Of a stretch of DNA of 44,786 bases, positions 20,549 through 32,260 are shown in pieces. A program made the position numbers and the translations under genes. Every line of letters starts with the position of its first letter. The first letter of the stretch is position 1. This DNA is from Chitinophagaceae bacterium (lineage in GTDB: Bacteria > Bacteroidota > Bacteroidia > Chitinophagales > Chitinophagaceae), in NCBI GenBank assembly GCA_044375755.1, contig JBILMC010000001.1:1-44786 (forward strand), written 5' to 3'. The notes under the pieces were generated by a model. The model worked only from the letters and a program-made list of their open reading frames with translations, made no database searches and was not told the DNA's origin.

Positions 20549-21337
20549 CTACTGAATCAAAAAGCGGTCTCCGTCTTTCAAAAAGGGTAATTGCTGGCGA
20601 ACGCTTTGTAGTTTTTCTTGATTCAGTTGACAGGTGTACGTTGTCTCTTTGTCTCGTTCTGTAAATAAAACTTCTCCCACTGGATCAATGATCATAGAAT
20701 CACCGCTGTGATAAATAGTATTCCCATCATCTCCTACCCGGTTCACACCAATCACATAACATTGATTTTCGATAGCTCTTGCTTGTAGCAAAGTCATCCA
20801 AGCCTGTCGTCTGCGTTCAGGCCAATTGGCTACATAAACCAAAACATCATATTCAGGATTACTTTCATTTTGTTGTTGGCGGGCCCATACGGGGAAACGC
20901 AGGTCATAACATACTTGTAAATTAAAACGCCAGCCGTTTACAGAGGCAATTAATCTTTTTGTACCTGCTGCATAGTGTTGATCTTCCCCAGCAAACCCAA
21001 ATAAATGTCGTTTATCATACACACCAGTTTCACCATTGGGTAATACCCAAAGTAATCGGTTATAATAATTCTCATTTTCCTGAATGATCACACTTCCACA
21101 TAAAATAATTCGATTGGCAGTGGCGATATTTTTCATCCAGGTAACCGTAACTCCTTCCATGTTCTCTGCCAATTGATTGGAGCGCATACTAAATCCAGTG
21201 CTAAACATTTCCGGCAAAAAAACAACCTGTGTCTTTCCTTTAAGTAAGTTGATTTTTTCTTCAAAAGAGCGCAAATTGGCTTCTTTATTTTCCCAGTGTA
21301 AAGAGGCCTGTATGAGCGAAACAGAAAGTGGATTCAT
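20549..21337 (-). CDS. Carbon-nitrogen hydrolase, omega-amidase YafV/Nit type
   Basis: Catalytic triad motifs LPEMFSTGF, YDKRHLF, VCYDLRFP; ARAIENQ. Confidence 0.88.
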   Translation of the reverse strand: MNPLSVSLIQASLHWENKEANLRSFEEKINLLKGKTQVVFLPEMFSTGFSMRSNQLAENMEGVTVTWMKNIATANRIILCGSVIIQENENYYNRLLWVLPNGETGVYDKRHLFGFAGEDQHYAAGTKRLIASVNGWRFNLQVCYDLRFPVWARQQQNESNPEYDVLVYVANWPERRRQAWMTLLQARAIENQCYVIGVNRVGDDGNTIYHSGDSMIIDPVGEVLFTERDKETTYTCQLNQEKLQSVRQQLPFLKDGDRFLIQ

Positions 21338-21346
21338 TGGTTCAAG

Positions 21347-21811
21347 TTACAACTTTGAGAGAATGGCCCTTACTAATTCTGGCTCAAACCCTTTGCCAAT
21401 TATATAATCAGCCGTTTTCTTCTGTCGAATGATGTATTGAAATTGTTTAAGACTTTGATATTTTTTGGTAATCAATACTTTCAACACCTTCTCATAGTCG
21501 GCTTCCTCTATTTCTGCCATAGCCTTACGAATACAATACACACTAATCCCTCTTTGCTGCAACTCCATTTTGATACGTACCCGACCCCAGCGCTTTGCTC
21601 TCCATTTTCCACCCGCATAGGCTTTGGCGAAACGTTCTTCATTCAAATAATCATCCTCAATGAGGGAGCTGATTAATTCATCATGCTCACGGGCTGGACA
21701 TCCCAATAAGAACAATTTATCACGTACTTCCCTATGTGATCGTTCCTGGTAGGCACAATAATGACGTAGTTTATGGAGTGTTTGCTCAGGGGTAAGCGCC
21801 TTTTTGTACAT
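21347..21811 (-). CDS. recX: Regulatory protein RecX
   Basis: YCAYQERS, YLNEERFA, KRWGRVRI, ELQQRGI, GKGFE. ATG 21811 preferred because a -7 element lies at 21817-21824. Confidence 0.88.
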   Translation of the reverse strand: MYKKALTPEQTLHKLRHYCAYQERSHREVRDKLFLLGCPAREHDELISSLIEDDYLNEERFAKAYAGGKWRAKRWGRVRIKMELQQRGISVYCIRKAMAEIEEADYEKVLKVLITKKYQSLKQFQYIIRQKKTADYIIGKGFEPELVRAILSKL

Positions 21812-21870
21812 CCCTCCAAAACTACCCAAAAAATCAGTAGTTTCGCCTTCAACCTATCAATAGAAGTGGT

Positions 21871-22986
21871 ATGAAATTCATTGCGAATTCTTCGGTGCTT
21901 TTGAAACAATTACAGCACATTTCAGGAGTGATTAATACAAACACAGTACTACCCATTCTGGAAGATTTTTTATTTGAAGTAGAAAAGAACAAATTGACGG
22001 TGGTAGCCACTGACCTGGAAACAGTCATGCGTGTGCAATTGGATATTGAGGCAAAAGACACCGGAAAGGTTTGTATTCCCGCGCGTATTTTGATGGACTC
22101 ATTAAAAAATATCGGGGACCAGCCGCTTACTTTCAATATTGATAAAAATTTTGCAATCGAAATCACCAGTGACAATGGTAAGTACAAGGTGATGGGTGAA
22201 AATCCAGATAATTTCCCGAAAGAACCAAGTGCGGATGAAACCACTTCTTTTGAAATGAGTGCTACCGCATTGCTTACGGCTATCAACAAAACCTTGTTTG
22301 CGACCAGCAATGATGATTTACGTCCTGCAATGACCGGCGTGTTTTTTGAGCTTGATAAAAAAGGACTACAATGCGTAGCTACTGATGCACACCGTTTAGT
22401 TCGCTACAAAAGATCAGATGTAAAATGCCCTAAAACAGATTCATTCATTGTTCCAAAAAAACCGTTGAATTTAGTTAAGGCTGCAATTCCTGATACAGAT
22501 CAACCAGTTACGATTAATTACAATAGCAACCATTTGTTTATTAGTTACGGTACTACCCAAATGAGTTGCCGATTAATCGATGCAAGATTCCCCGATTACA
22601 AAGTAGTAATTCCAACCGGCAATCCATATAGTCTCACTGTGAATACGTCCGAGTTTCAGAGCGCATTACGTCGCGTTAGTATCTTCAGTAACAAAAGCAC
22701 TAACCAAGTTGCACTTAATATCAGCGGCAGCGAATTACAATTAGCAGCCCAGGATGTAGACTTTAGTTTTGAAGGAAATGAGCGCATGAAATGTCAATAC
22801 AACGGAGAAGATCTTTTAATTGCCTTCAACGCAAAATTTCTTATTGAAATGTTAGGGGCTGCCGATAGTGATGAGGTGCAGATTGAATTATCCACTCCTA
22901 CTAAGGCGGGTATCATTCGCCCAACAGATAAAGCAGACAATGAAGAACTACTCATGCTGGTGATGCCGTTGATGTTAAATCAATAA
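21871..22986 (+). CDS. dnaN: DNA polymerase III beta sliding clamp
   Basis: LPILEDF, ATDLET, RPAMTGV, VATDAHRL, RLIDARFPDY, AFNAKFL, MLVMPL. Confidence 0.96.
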   Translation: MKFIANSSVLLKQLQHISGVINTNTVLPILEDFLFEVEKNKLTVVATDLETVMRVQLDIEAKDTGKVCIPARILMDSLKNIGDQPLTFNIDKNFAIEITSDNGKYKVMGENPDNFPKEPSADETTSFEMSATALLTAINKTLFATSNDDLRPAMTGVFFELDKKGLQCVATDAHRLVRYKRSDVKCPKTDSFIVPKKPLNLVKAAIPDTDQPVTINYNSNHLFISYGTTQMSCRLIDARFPDYKVVIPTGNPYSLTVNTSEFQSALRRVSIFSNKSTNQVALNISGSELQLAAQDVDFSFEGNERMKCQYNGEDLLIAFNAKFLIEMLGAADSDEVQIELSTPTKAGIIRPTDKADNEELLMLVMPLMLNQ

Positions 22987-22996
22987 ACTCTTTACC

Positions 22997-23824
22997 ATGT
23001 GGTCGGATTGGATTCAATATTTTCAAACACTTGAACAACGTCCGGCAGAACGTTTAGCTATTTTAGTTGGCGGCCTTCTTTTTTTCTGGATCATTGAAGG
23101 GGCCATTCCACTCTTTAAGTTACCCTACCATAAAGGCAAATTGACACATGCTGGCGTCAATTTTGTATTCACCGTCATACACCTGATCATACACACTTTT
23201 CTAGCAATATTAATAGTAGCGCTATCTGATTGGTGCAAGCAAGCTGAATTTGGGATTATCTATTGGACAAATGTCAACACACTTGCCACTATTTTAATAG
23301 GTGTATTTGCGCTTGATTTTAGCAGTTGGCTGGTACATTGGGTGATGCACCAGCAAAAATTTTTATGGCGCTTTCATTTGATTCATCACAGCGATACTAA
23401 AGTAGATGTAACGACGGGCCTGCGTCACCACCCGGGCGATAGCTTACTGCGTGGATTATTTTTTCTACTCCTGATTTTTATTTCAGGAGCTCCTATGTAC
23501 AGTGTAATGATGTATCAAACACTTGTTGTGGTGGCTACCGCATTTACACATGCAAACATTAAACTGCCAACTGGTATTGATAAGACAATAAGCTGGATTT
23601 TAATCTCTCCCAATATGCACAAGGTGCACCATCACTGGAAGCAGCCTTATACGGATTCTAATTATGGTGCTGTTTTTTCAATTTGGGATCGACTATTTGG
23701 AACCTTTCGCACATTAGATGTTTCAGCAATTCAATATGGAATTGATCGAGATTATCCTGTAGGAAAAGACGAAGATCTTGGTCTTCTATTAAAAAGTCCT
23801 TTCCAAAATAAAATCCACGAATGA
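22997..23824 (+). CDS. Fatty acid hydroxylase / sterol desaturase superfamily membrane di-metal enzyme
   Basis: His boxes HWVMH, HLIHH, HAN, HKVHH; SNYG...WDRLFGT; TM segments. Confidence 0.88.
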   Translation: MWSDWIQYFQTLEQRPAERLAILVGGLLFFWIIEGAIPLFKLPYHKGKLTHAGVNFVFTVIHLIIHTFLAILIVALSDWCKQAEFGIIYWTNVNTLATILIGVFALDFSSWLVHWVMHQQKFLWRFHLIHHSDTKVDVTTGLRHHPGDSLLRGLFFLLLIFISGAPMYSVMMYQTLVVVATAFTHANIKLPTGIDKTISWILISPNMHKVHHHWKQPYTDSNYGAVFSIWDRLFGTFRTLDVSAIQYGIDRDYPVGKDEDLGLLLKSPFQNKIHE

Positions 23825-24546
23825 AAGTAGTTGCACTTATACCAGCCCGGTATGCGGCATCGCGCTTTCCGGGTAAACTATTACAGCAACTAGGTAACAA
23901 AACTGTTATCCGTTATACATACGATGCTGCGGTTGCCACTGGACTATTTGATGAGGTTATTGTAGTAACAGATAGTGACAAAATTGAAAAAGAAATTATC
24001 AACGCAGGTGGTACTTGCAAAAGAAGTCAGCGAGAACACGAAAGTGGTTCTGACCGGATTGCAGAAATCGCAGCCTCCCTTTCAGTTGATTTGATTGTAA
24101 ATGTGCAGGGCGATACCCCTTTTATAAAAAAAGAACCACTGGCTCGATTGATACAGGCATTTGAGGATCCAACTGTACAGGTTGCGTCATTAATGCAAAA
24201 AATCAATGACTCTAAATTGATTCAGGAATCTAGTATTGTTAAAGTAGTTACCGATCTCAATAATGATGCACTCTATTTTAGCCGGAGTATAATTCCTTTT
24301 CACCGTGACCTTACTGTTTCTACACCAACTTTTGAACATATCGGTGTGTATGCATTTAGAAAAAAAGCACTGCTCGATTTTACCACCTGGCCGGTTTCGC
24401 AGCTTGAAGCAACAGAAAAGCTAGAGCAACTCCGTTACCTGGAGCACGGCATAAAAATCAGAATGGTACAAACCGATTACAGCAGTGTGGCTATTGACAC
24501 ACCGGAAGATTTGGAACGCGCTAAAATTCTCTTAGCAAATATTTAG
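23821..24546 (+). CDS. kdsB: 3-deoxy-manno-octulosonate cytidylyltransferase
   Basis: [51 protein letters not shown]. Confidence 0.95.
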   Translation: MKVVALIPARYAASRFPGKLLQQLGNKTVIRYTYDAAVATGLFDEVIVVTDSDKIEKEIINAGGTCKRSQREHESGSDRIAEIAASLSVDLIVNVQGDTPFIKKEPLARLIQAFEDPTVQVASLMQKINDSKLIQESSIVKVVTDLNNDALYFSRSIIPFHRDLTVSTPTFEHIGVYAFRKKALLDFTTWPVSQLEATEKLEQLRYLEHGIKIRMVQTDYSSVAIDTPEDLERAKILLANI

Positions 24547-27494
24547 TTCATTCGCACGTCACGCATTTCACGCATCATGTAACGTTGCATCCCCGGCGGC
24601 ATCATTTGTTGCTGCGACTGTGTTTTTCCACCCATCTTATTTAGGTTGAACAAGAAACTAACCAAAAAATAACGACGTAAAACCATGCTACGGGTATCCT
24701 GTAAATAGTTATCACCCGCTGTACGGTTGATACTTTGATTTTGATTCAACAAGTCATTAACCGATAACTTTATTTCGCCATTCTTATTTTTAAATAGCTG
24801 TTTGCTCAAACTAGCATTCCACAAAGGAATACTTTGGTTAAATCCTTCAGCACGACCTGTATTAATTAAATAATCAAAATTTGTACTCACAATAATATTC
24901 TTAGGGAACGTATAGGTTACATCAGCGTTATACGTCTGTGTCCAATAATCTTCATTCAACTGTGTGTTAATACTATACTGTACATTGAAATAACTCAAAT
25001 TAGCACGAAGACCCATATTGAACTTGTCCTTATTAAAATTGAAGCCCGCGCCTTGTGTAATTGAAATGGTCTTGGTAAGATTTTCGCGCGTGTTAATCAA
25101 ACTCACATCCTTTAAATAAAGCATGGTGTTGGTCAAACTAACATTTGACCCTTTGAGTTTTGGATTTTTGAAAGGAAGACCTAATGTGAAAAACGAAAAG
25201 GCACGCAAATAACCATTCACGTTGGCGTAGGTAGTCGTTTGAACAGGGCCACGTGTTGTAATACTATTTACAATTTTATTACTGGTTGTGCTGACGTTTA
25301 CATTAGCCGCCACAAATCGGAATGTAGCAAGATTAAAAGTGTTGTACCCCATATTGAGATTGTGCGTAAACTCCTGTTTCAAATTAGGATTACCGATTCG
25401 TACATTGAGTGTATCTGTTACATCCGGTACATTTTGCAGTTGATTAACAGAAGGCTGATTGGTTCTTCCATTATAAGAGAATCGCAAATTCTTACTACGA
25501 GAAGGGGTCAAATTAAAATTAGCAGTCGGGAAAAGATTGGTAAATGTCTGCTTAATCAAAGAATCTTTTCCGGTAGCGGCTTGGTAAGTGTGATTTTCTA
25601 AGAATGATTCTTGTAATCCCACTCCAAATTGATAATTATATTTCTTTTCCTGCACGCGAAAATTAATACCAGCGCGATGTGCAACAAACAAGTTTTTGAA
25701 CTCATTGGTCTGAAGCAGGTTGGGGCTATCATATTTCCCATTGCTGGAATTATAATTAAAGGTCTCTTTTTCAGAACGGCTGAAGTTATTGGTGTAAGCA
25801 TAATTCACTTCCAATAATTTATTGTTACCCAATGGTTCTGTATAGGACGTGCTCACTACGTTATTGCGTGTCTTAGTAGACTGATTATACTGTTGATTTT
25901 GAGAAAAATTAAAAAATGGTGTTCCATCTGGGCGGAAGAATCGATTTGAAGAAATGGTTTGGCCATCTGCATCACTCATTCCCATAGTATTGTTCAATCC
26001 AACAGTAATGGTTCGTCCGATTTTTTTGAATTTTCTTCTGAACAATAAATTATTATTAAAGTTCATTCCATCACGCACATTTGAATTTTCTGAGTTTGAT
26101 TCAATTGCCTTGTATTCACGCAAAGGAGTCTTTGACATTGTTAGGCTAGAATCAATACTAAAATTATCGGAGTGCTGAATAGTAAGTGAGGGAGTATATA
26201 ATAATGAGGTAAGTGAATCGAATTGATATTCAAAACGAACATTAAATCGGTGATTCTGATTCAGATTATTGGAACGACTGGTTCTATTTTGTAAAGCCAT
26301 TGAGTCATTGGCAAAAAATGTTTGACGCAAGGTCGATTGCTCTTGCACAGGTCGAGAATCAGAAAAGAAATAACTCCCTGTGAATTTTGCTTTTGTGCCC
26401 CACTCATTATTAAAGTTGAGTCCGGTTGATAGTGAACGGATAATGCCGGTATTCTGTCCTCCACCAAAACCACCAAAGCCACCGCCGCCGCCGCCACGTC
26501 CTCCTACGACCACCTGCATTCCGCCGCCGCCGAAGCCGCCGCCTCCGCCGCCAAAGCCACCACCTCCTCCTCCAAAATTTCCTCCTCCCCCGCCGCCACC
26601 GAAACCACCAAAGCCACCCATGGTGCTGATAATATCATTAAAAGAAAATCCCTGCTTATTAATGTTGTTCGCATTCATTAAAACAGAAAATCTTTTATTA
26701 CCATTAAAATTATTGTAAGTCAAATTACCCTCGTATCTGTCATTACTTCCATAGCCTGCTAATGCACGAGTGAAAAATCCTTTGTTGCGATCTTTCTTCA
26801 ATTTAATATTGATCGTCTTACTACGACTCCCATCATCAATACGTGTAAACTTTGATTGATCACTCATATCATCAAACACCTGAACACTTTCTATCATATC
26901 AGCAGTGAGATTTTTAGTAGCCAACTTAGGATCGTTACCAAAAAACTCTTTTCCGTCTACTAATACTTTTTGAACCTGCTCACCCTGTGCTTTTACGTTT
27001 CCGTCTTTATCCACCTCCATACCAGGGATCTTTTTCAATAAATCCTCAACCGTTGCGTTAGGGATTGTTTTAAATCCACTAGCATTGAATTGAACCGTAT
27101 CATTTTTAACAACGATAGGAGATTCTGTAGTAACCACTACCCCCTCCATCATTTTATAATCTTTATTCATCGAGAGTGCGCCGAGATCAATTGTTTTTTT
27201 ATCTGCAGTGATACTAAAATTGCGACGAATCTCTTCGAGGCCTTTGCTACTTACAATCAAACGGTAATCACCGGGTAATAAATTTTTGATTTCAAATACG
27301 CCTTGCTTAGAAGAAAGAACAAAACTGGCCAATGATGAATCTTTAGCACTAACCACCGATACGGTTGCATCTGCAATTGGCTGTTTGGATGAAGAATCTG
27401 TCAGCACCCCCTTTATCACGCCTTCGGCGCGTTGGGCAAGGGAAACATTGACTAAGAAGATGAATACCAATAAAGTACTGAGCAGTTTTCTCAT
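24543..27494 (-). CDS. Large outer-membrane beta-barrel protein (carboxypeptidase-regulatory-like N-domain, plug-like region, TonB-receptor-like barrel)
   Basis: Signal peptide [68 protein letters not shown] 27494 chosen because -7 element TATCTTTG lies at 27513-27520. Confidence 0.85.
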   Translation of the reverse strand: MRKLLSTLLVFIFLVNVSLAQRAEGVIKGVLTDSSSKQPIADATVSVVSAKDSSLASFVLSSKQGVFEIKNLLPGDYRLIVSSKGLEEIRRNFSITADKKTIDLGALSMNKDYKMMEGVVVTTESPIVVKNDTVQFNASGFKTIPNATVEDLLKKIPGMEVDKDGNVKAQGEQVQKVLVDGKEFFGNDPKLATKNLTADMIESVQVFDDMSDQSKFTRIDDGSRSKTINIKLKKDRNKGFFTRALAGYGSNDRYEGNLTYNNFNGNKRFSVLMNANNINKQGFSFNDIISTMGGFGGFGGGGGGGNFGGGGGGFGGGGGGFGGGGMQVVVGGRGGGGGGFGGFGGGQNTGIIRSLSTGLNFNNEWGTKAKFTGSYFFSDSRPVQEQSTLRQTFFANDSMALQNRTSRSNNLNQNHRFNVRFEYQFDSLTSLLYTPSLTIQHSDNFSIDSSLTMSKTPLREYKAIESNSENSNVRDGMNFNNNLLFRRKFKKIGRTITVGLNNTMGMSDADGQTISSNRFFRPDGTPFFNFSQNQQYNQSTKTRNNVVSTSYTEPLGNNKLLEVNYAYTNNFSRSEKETFNYNSSNGKYDSPNLLQTNEFKNLFVAHRAGINFRVQEKKYNYQFGVGLQESFLENHTYQAATGKDSLIKQTFTNLFPTANFNLTPSRSKNLRFSYNGRTNQPSVNQLQNVPDVTDTLNVRIGNPNLKQEFTHNLNMGYNTFNLATFRFVAANVNVSTTSNKIVNSITTRGPVQTTTYANVNGYLRAFSFFTLGLPFKNPKLKGSNVSLTNTMLYLKDVSLINTRENLTKTISITQGAGFNFNKDKFNMGLRANLSYFNVQYSINTQLNEDYWTQTYNADVTYTFPKNIIVSTNFDYLINTGRAEGFNQSIPLWNASLSKQLFKNKNGEIKLSVNDLLNQNQSINRTAGDNYLQDTRSMVLRRYFLVSFLFNLNKMGGKTQSQQQMMPPGMQRYMMREMRDVRMN
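26458..26621 (-). repeat. Gly-rich low-complexity tract (GGF/poly-Gly) within the beta-barrel gene
   Basis: CCR/CCG/CCT triplet runs on + strand encode [55 protein letters not shown]. Confidence 0.9.
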
Positions 27495-27561
27495 AAATAG
27501 AGTTAAAGTCCGCAAAGATAGACGTAAAGGAGGGGGATGGCTTGTGGAAACTGTTAAAATA

Positions 27562-30500
27562 TCAACTGAACAGATATTCAACATCTTCGCGTGTAAGGCT
27601 CTTGACAAAGCCAGTATCATCAGAAATGATATCCTTTGCCAACGCTCTTTTTCGCTCTTGTAATTGCAAAATCTTGTCTTCAATCGAATCTTTGCAAATC
27701 ATTCGATACGCAAAAATATTTTTAGTCTGCCCAATTCGATGCGTACGGTCAATGGCCTGTTGCTCTACGGCAGGGTTCCACCAAGGATCCATGATATAGA
27801 CATAGTCAGCAGCAGTAAGATTCAATCCAACTCCTCCTGCTTTTAGTGATATGAGAAACACACGAATAGATTCTTGGCTTTGAAACTGCTGAATCGCCTT
27901 TTCTCTATCCGGAGCAGAAGTGCTTCCGTCAAAATATACATAGGGAATTTCCAACTCTTCCAGCTTACTACGAATGAGTGCAAGCATTCCTAAAAACTGA
28001 GAAAAGACCAGTGCTTTATGGTCGCTGATATCCTCTTTTAATTGACGAGCCAACTCGTCCAGCTTGATCGAGTAATTGGGAAACTCCTCTTTTTCGTTTA
28101 AAATGGCAGGTGAATCACAAATCTGACGCAGCTTCATCAACCCTTGTAGAATTGCTAATTGTGAACGCTGAATTCCCTGATTCTCTATTGATCCTAATAT
28201 CTGATTTCTATAGTCATTACGATACGCCTCGTATATATCTCGTTGCTCCTTTTCCATCTCACAGAACAGCACCATTTCCTGCTTTTCGGGCAAATCTTTG
28301 GCCACCTGTTCTTTGGTTCGTCTTAAAATGAAAGGATATAGGATTTTCCGCAAGTGCTCCTTGCGATCAGGCTCGCCTAGTTTATCAATGGGGACCGCAA
28401 ACTCCTGACGGAAAAATTCCACCGAACCCAGCATGCCCGGATTCAAAAAATTCATTTGCGCGTACACATCAAACGTATTGTTCTGCAGTGGCGTTCCACT
28501 CATGCACAAGCGATGCTTGGCCTGCAGTAGTTGTGCTGCGCGCGTAACTTTACTAGAGGGATTTTTGATGGCCTGCGATTCATCCAGAATAACATAATCA
28601 AATTCAAGTGTGCTTAGCAGCTTAATATCACTTCGCAGTGTTCCGTATGTAGTGATTAAAATTTCAAAAGACTCCAGCGCTTCTTTTTTACGCAAACGCA
28701 TGGGACCATGATGAATAGCATGACGAATTGCAGGCGTAAACTTTTTAATCTCGTTTTCCCAATTATAAATAAGTGTGGTTGGACAAACCACTAATGCCCG
28801 TAATGAACCCTCTGTTTTTTTATAAAATTCCAAATAAGAAAGCGCTTGCACCGTTTTACCCAATCCCATATCATCAGCTAATATTCCTCCCCAACGCACT
28901 TCTTTTAAGTAATTCAACCACTGATAACCAGAAACCTGATAAGGTCTTAATATTTCGTGCAGCGCAGCAGGTGGCTCAATTGGCTTGATCTTATCAAACT
29001 GACGAAGTTGTTCATACTTTTCTTCTAGTTGCAACTCTAGCTCAGCCGTATCTCTACTCTCGTATAATTCATCCACAACACTTTGATGAAAACGTGATAG
29101 TTTAATTGTGTTGCTCTTTCCTTCGCCCACCCGAAACAATAGCGCATATTTCTTTAGCCACTCCTCTGGTAAAATTCCTAATGTACCATCACCCAACTGT
29201 ACGTATTGTTGATTGTTGGCAAGCGCCTTTTTAACATCAGCTACTGTAATTTGCTGATCACCGAATGCAATATTCACTTTTGCATCAAACCAATCAGTAT
29301 TGCTGCTTATGAAAATCTGAGTTTTGGGTTTTGCGGTATTAAACCTATAATGCTGTAATGATTCAAAACCAAACACCGTGGTTTTAGATTCTTTCATAGC
29401 ATCAACAAAGAGAAAAAACCAATTATTACGAAGCACTTCAGTGCCTTTCAGCGCATACGTTCCATCTTCGGCATTTGCAACAAAGCCAGAGTGAAGACTA
29501 GCTAATCGTTGTAAAAAAACTTCTTCTTTCTCTTTATTTCGATGAACAACCAACACACCTTCTCCCTGCGGAATCAATACCTGATCACCATCAGTAGGTC
29601 CGGCTTCATATCCTTCATATACAAATACAGGCTTGAAAACTAAATAGTCTCCTTTTTCTGTCAAAATGATGCGCGGCTCCGGACTTACACCCTTCACTTC
29701 TTTCATCAGTGACTTGTCAAATCGCACTGAATAATTATGAGAAAGCGGAAGTACAAACTCTTGCATGGTTTCTTTCCATGCGGCCAACGACTTTACCATT
29801 TTGCCATCGGGCAAAAATGTTTCCATTAATTGCACAACCTCTTTACTTTTCCAAACATAACATTGGTTGTTATGAAGAAATAATAGGGTAGAAGGGCATT
29901 CATTATCAGAAAGGCTTAACTCTAGTGCGCCAACTTTTACTTGCGCCTGTATTGTGTAGTGTGAATTCTTTTTAATAAAAAACTGAGGAATAAGCGTGAC
30001 ATCACTCACATGTAGTGAACTTAGTTGTGCCGTTTTAAATGATTTGCCTACTCCTAAATAATAAATGGGTGTGCTAGTACTAAACTCTTTGAATATTCGC
30101 TGCAGCTTTGGAAGCAAGTACTCTGTAATCAAATCTTTAGTTTCTTCGGGTAGATCATCCTCGTCTTGATGAATAATATTATCCCAAATACCAGAGAAGG
30201 GTGAGTTGCGACTTACGTATTTGTTGATCTCCGTGTCTTGTAATTTTCTTATCAACTGTAAAAGCTCACGATCCGTTTCAGTTAAGTCATTTAATTCGAC
30301 AAAACGAGTAATATCAAGTTTTTCAACTTTTCCGGCAAAGGTGTTGCTTAATTCATTGGCTTCCCCAATTACGGCATCCACCGTAAAACGAGGAAAACTT
30401 TTTTTATTGAAATTGAAAACCACACCCAACCGGCGCAAAACTTCTATTTCTTTTTTTAGTGGCTCCGCCTTTTTCTCTACACTCTTAGCAGCCGCAGTAG

Positions 30501-31326
30501 GAAAAAGTACTGGACGGGAAATTGTAGCGGGCATAGCCACTCGCTTGATAGAAGCGTCAAGAACGCGTAAAAAAGGCTTGCCGTCTTTATAAGCAAATTC
30601 GAATTTTCCAGTGAGATCATCTTTTAAGGAGTAACCGTAGGCTTCCAATAACTTATTTTTCTCCTTGTCCCAATTTCGAATGCTATCAAAATAATTAGCC
30701 CCATGCGTATTCAATAGCTGTAACAACACAATCACTTTGGGTAAACAAAGTGGATGACGCGTATCCTCGTAATCGCAACTTGTATCAAAATTTCGTTCTT
30801 CATTTTTTCTGATGATCACCTCATATTCTGTACCCTCAAGCGTTAAACGTGCTCTTACCGTTTCGTTTTCGGCGTATTCAATAGCTGCTTTTTTTGTACG
30901 TAAATAAGTTTCCGCTTGTGCAAGCGTTTGCTGCGCACAAAGCAGTCGAATATTTTTCAGGTCGATTGTTTTCATCTTGACCACCGTATGCCGCTGGTCA
31001 TATTGCACCTGACCCGCTTGTAACTGGCCGCGATCCAACATTTCTTGCAATTGAAGAAGTGCCGCTGTTTCATGTCTACAGATGTCTCCTAAATTATAGG
31101 GGCAAGCGCATCGCAAAGAAGTAGCATTCGGATCTCTGAAATGATGAATCTGAACCTTATAAAAAGTATTGTAACTATCGTCACGTACGCGAAACGTAGC
31201 GGTTCCGAATAGCTCATCGTACTCTACTAATTCGGCAAAACCAATCGCATGTATTTTTTTACCACGACGAATCACTTCATCGGTGCCATGCGTATATATA
31301 TATTTAACTAAATGAGGTAGTGCCAA
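27562..31326 (-). CDS. SNF2-family helicase-like ATPase with N-terminal SWIM zinc finger
   Basis: [13 protein letters not shown] (SWIM), [72 protein letters not shown] start; -7 element TAGATTTG at 31367-31374. Confidence 0.93.
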   Translation of the reverse strand: MALPHLVKYIYTHGTDEVIRRGKKIHAIGFAELVEYDELFGTATFRVRDDSYNTFYKVQIHHFRDPNATSLRCACPYNLGDICRHETAALLQLQEMLDRGQLQAGQVQYDQRHTVVKMKTIDLKNIRLLCAQQTLAQAETYLRTKKAAIEYAENETVRARLTLEGTEYEVIIRKNEERNFDTSCDYEDTRHPLCLPKVIVLLQLLNTHGANYFDSIRNWDKEKNKLLEAYGYSLKDDLTGKFEFAYKDGKPFLRVLDASIKRVAMPATISRPVLFPTAAAKSVEKKAEPLKKEIEVLRRLGVVFNFNKKSFPRFTVDAVIGEANELSNTFAGKVEKLDITRFVELNDLTETDRELLQLIRKLQDTEINKYVSRNSPFSGIWDNIIHQDEDDLPEETKDLITEYLLPKLQRIFKEFSTSTPIYYLGVGKSFKTAQLSSLHVSDVTLIPQFFIKKNSHYTIQAQVKVGALELSLSDNECPSTLLFLHNNQCYVWKSKEVVQLMETFLPDGKMVKSLAAWKETMQEFVLPLSHNYSVRFDKSLMKEVKGVSPEPRIILTEKGDYLVFKPVFVYEGYEAGPTDGDQVLIPQGEGVLVVHRNKEKEEVFLQRLASLHSGFVANAEDGTYALKGTEVLRNNWFFLFVDAMKESKTTVFGFESLQHYRFNTAKPKTQIFISSNTDWFDAKVNIAFGDQQITVADVKKALANNQQYVQLGDGTLGILPEEWLKKYALLFRVGEGKSNTIKLSRFHQSVVDELYESRDTAELELQLEEKYEQLRQFDKIKPIEPPAALHEILRPYQVSGYQWLNYLKEVRWGGILADDMGLGKTVQALSYLEFYKKTEGSLRALVVCPTTLIYNWENEIKKFTPAIRHAIHHGPMRLRKKEALESFEILITTYGTLRSDIKLLSTLEFDYVILDESQAIKNPSSKVTRAAQLLQAKHRLCMSGTPLQNNTFDVYAQMNFLNPGMLGSVEFFRQEFAVPIDKLGEPDRKEHLRKILYPFILRRTKEQVAKDLPEKQEMVLFCEMEKEQRDIYEAYRNDYRNQILGSIENQGIQRSQLAILQGLMKLRQICDSPAILNEKEEFPNYSIKLDELARQLKEDISDHKALVFSQFLGMLALIRSKLEELEIPYVYFDGSTSAPDREKAIQQFQSQESIRVFLISLKAGGVGLNLTAADYVYIMDPWWNPAVEQQAIDRTHRIGQTKNIFAYRMICKDSIEDKILQLQERKRALAKDIISDDTGFVKSLTREDVEYLFS

Positions 31327-31448
31327 GGTGTGCTTTCAGTTTTTCATCTCGAAAAAGGAGAATCTACAAATCTAAAGGAATGTAAATCGAATTTCCCGCT
31401 GTGAAAAAATAAAAGTAAAGATGCCGAGCAATTGATAAAAGCTGTTAG

Positions 31449-31478
31449 AAAAAATCCTATCTTGAGGGATTTATTTTT
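31449..31478 (-). terminator. Possible weak intrinsic terminator after comB
   Basis: On - strand AAATCCCT-CAAGAT-AGGATTT followed by a T run; imperfect stem. Confidence 0.4.
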
Positions 31479-32199
31479 TGATCACTAGCTTACCATCCTG
31501 ATACAGTGGTAATACATTGGCCACATCCGGCGTCAAACAAAATTCAATATCCTTAATTAATCCAAATCGTTTAACGAGTCGATGATAATGCGTTAGCTGT
31601 GTAGCAAATTCTAATAAATTATTGGCATGTTTCTCATAGAGCGTCACGGCCATTAGGGAGCTATCGCAATGGATTGTAAAATGTTCGCGCACTCGGTTAA
31701 TCACAGCGCCTGCAAAGAGTGTATCCTCCAAATTAAAACGATCTTTCCATCCTGCACAACCCAATACAACATCTTTACCCTCACTAATCAAAAAATCGCA
31801 AACCGCAGACAGATTAGGAAAGCTTCCTGAAATAATTTTAGATGCATTTCGATCCAATGCCATTTGTAATAAACGGGTACCATTTGTGGTAGTGAGAACC
31901 AAATTTCTATTCTCAATAAAAGCACGTGTGTATTCCAGAGGAGAATTGCCGTGTTGTAATCCTTCTGCAATCATTCCATCTCGTTCTCCTGCCGCGATGC
32001 CGTCAATATTCTTACCCATTTCTATCGCTTTGGGTACCGAATCAACAGGAATAACTGCGCGAGCGCCATTGTATAAAGCGGCCGCAATGGTAGAGGTAGC
32101 TCGAAAAACATCAATAATTACTACAACACTATTGCTTAAGTCGTAAAGATGAAGAAGAGCCGGTGAAAGAGAAGTATAGAGGGTGGGTTTAGTAGACAT
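31471..32199 (-). CDS. comB: 2-phosphosulfolactate phosphatase (ComB) family protein
   Basis: VIIDVFRATSTI, AGERDG, GNSPLE, TTTNGT, CAGW...NLED. ATG 32199 lies downstream of -7 element TAAATTTG (32215-32222). Confidence 0.88.
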   Translation of the reverse strand: MSTKPTLYTSLSPALLHLYDLSNSVVVIIDVFRATSTIAAALYNGARAVIPVDSVPKAIEMGKNIDGIAAGERDGMIAEGLQHGNSPLEYTRAFIENRNLVLTTTNGTRLLQMALDRNASKIISGSFPNLSAVCDFLISEGKDVVLGCAGWKDRFNLEDTLFAGAVINRVREHFTIHCDSSLMAVTLYEKHANNLLEFATQLTHYHRLVKRFGLIKDIEFCLTPDVANVLPLYQDGKLVIKK

Positions 32200-32260
32200 G
32201 TGATTAGGAAAGCGCAAATTTAGAACAAATTCTACAAAGAATGGAGGCAAATGCGCATTC

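Noticed and set aside
26380-26718. Poly-proline ORF on the + strand
   Set aside because: Exact reverse complement of the Gly-rich tract; no independent promoter or start evidence.
27495-27683. 63-aa N-terminal extension of the beta-barrel overlapping SNF2
   Set aside because: A signal peptide starts at ATG 27494 and a -7 element lies at 27513-27520, so the extension is an ORF-calling artefact.
27562-31326. SNF2 gene as an anti-phage system (DISARM/Zorya-like)
   Set aside because: No methylase, nuclease or other defence partners adjacent; the MotB-like gene is about 16 kb away, is a lipoprotein, and has no MotA/ZorA partner.
8040-31408. DnaA-box-like sequences (8040-8070, about 27543-27551, TTTTTCACA at 31400-31408) suggesting oriC near dnaN
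   Set aside because: Isolated, mostly mismatched and not clustered; no dnaA; the gap upstream of dnaN is only 59 bp. Genome-wide GC skew would be needed.
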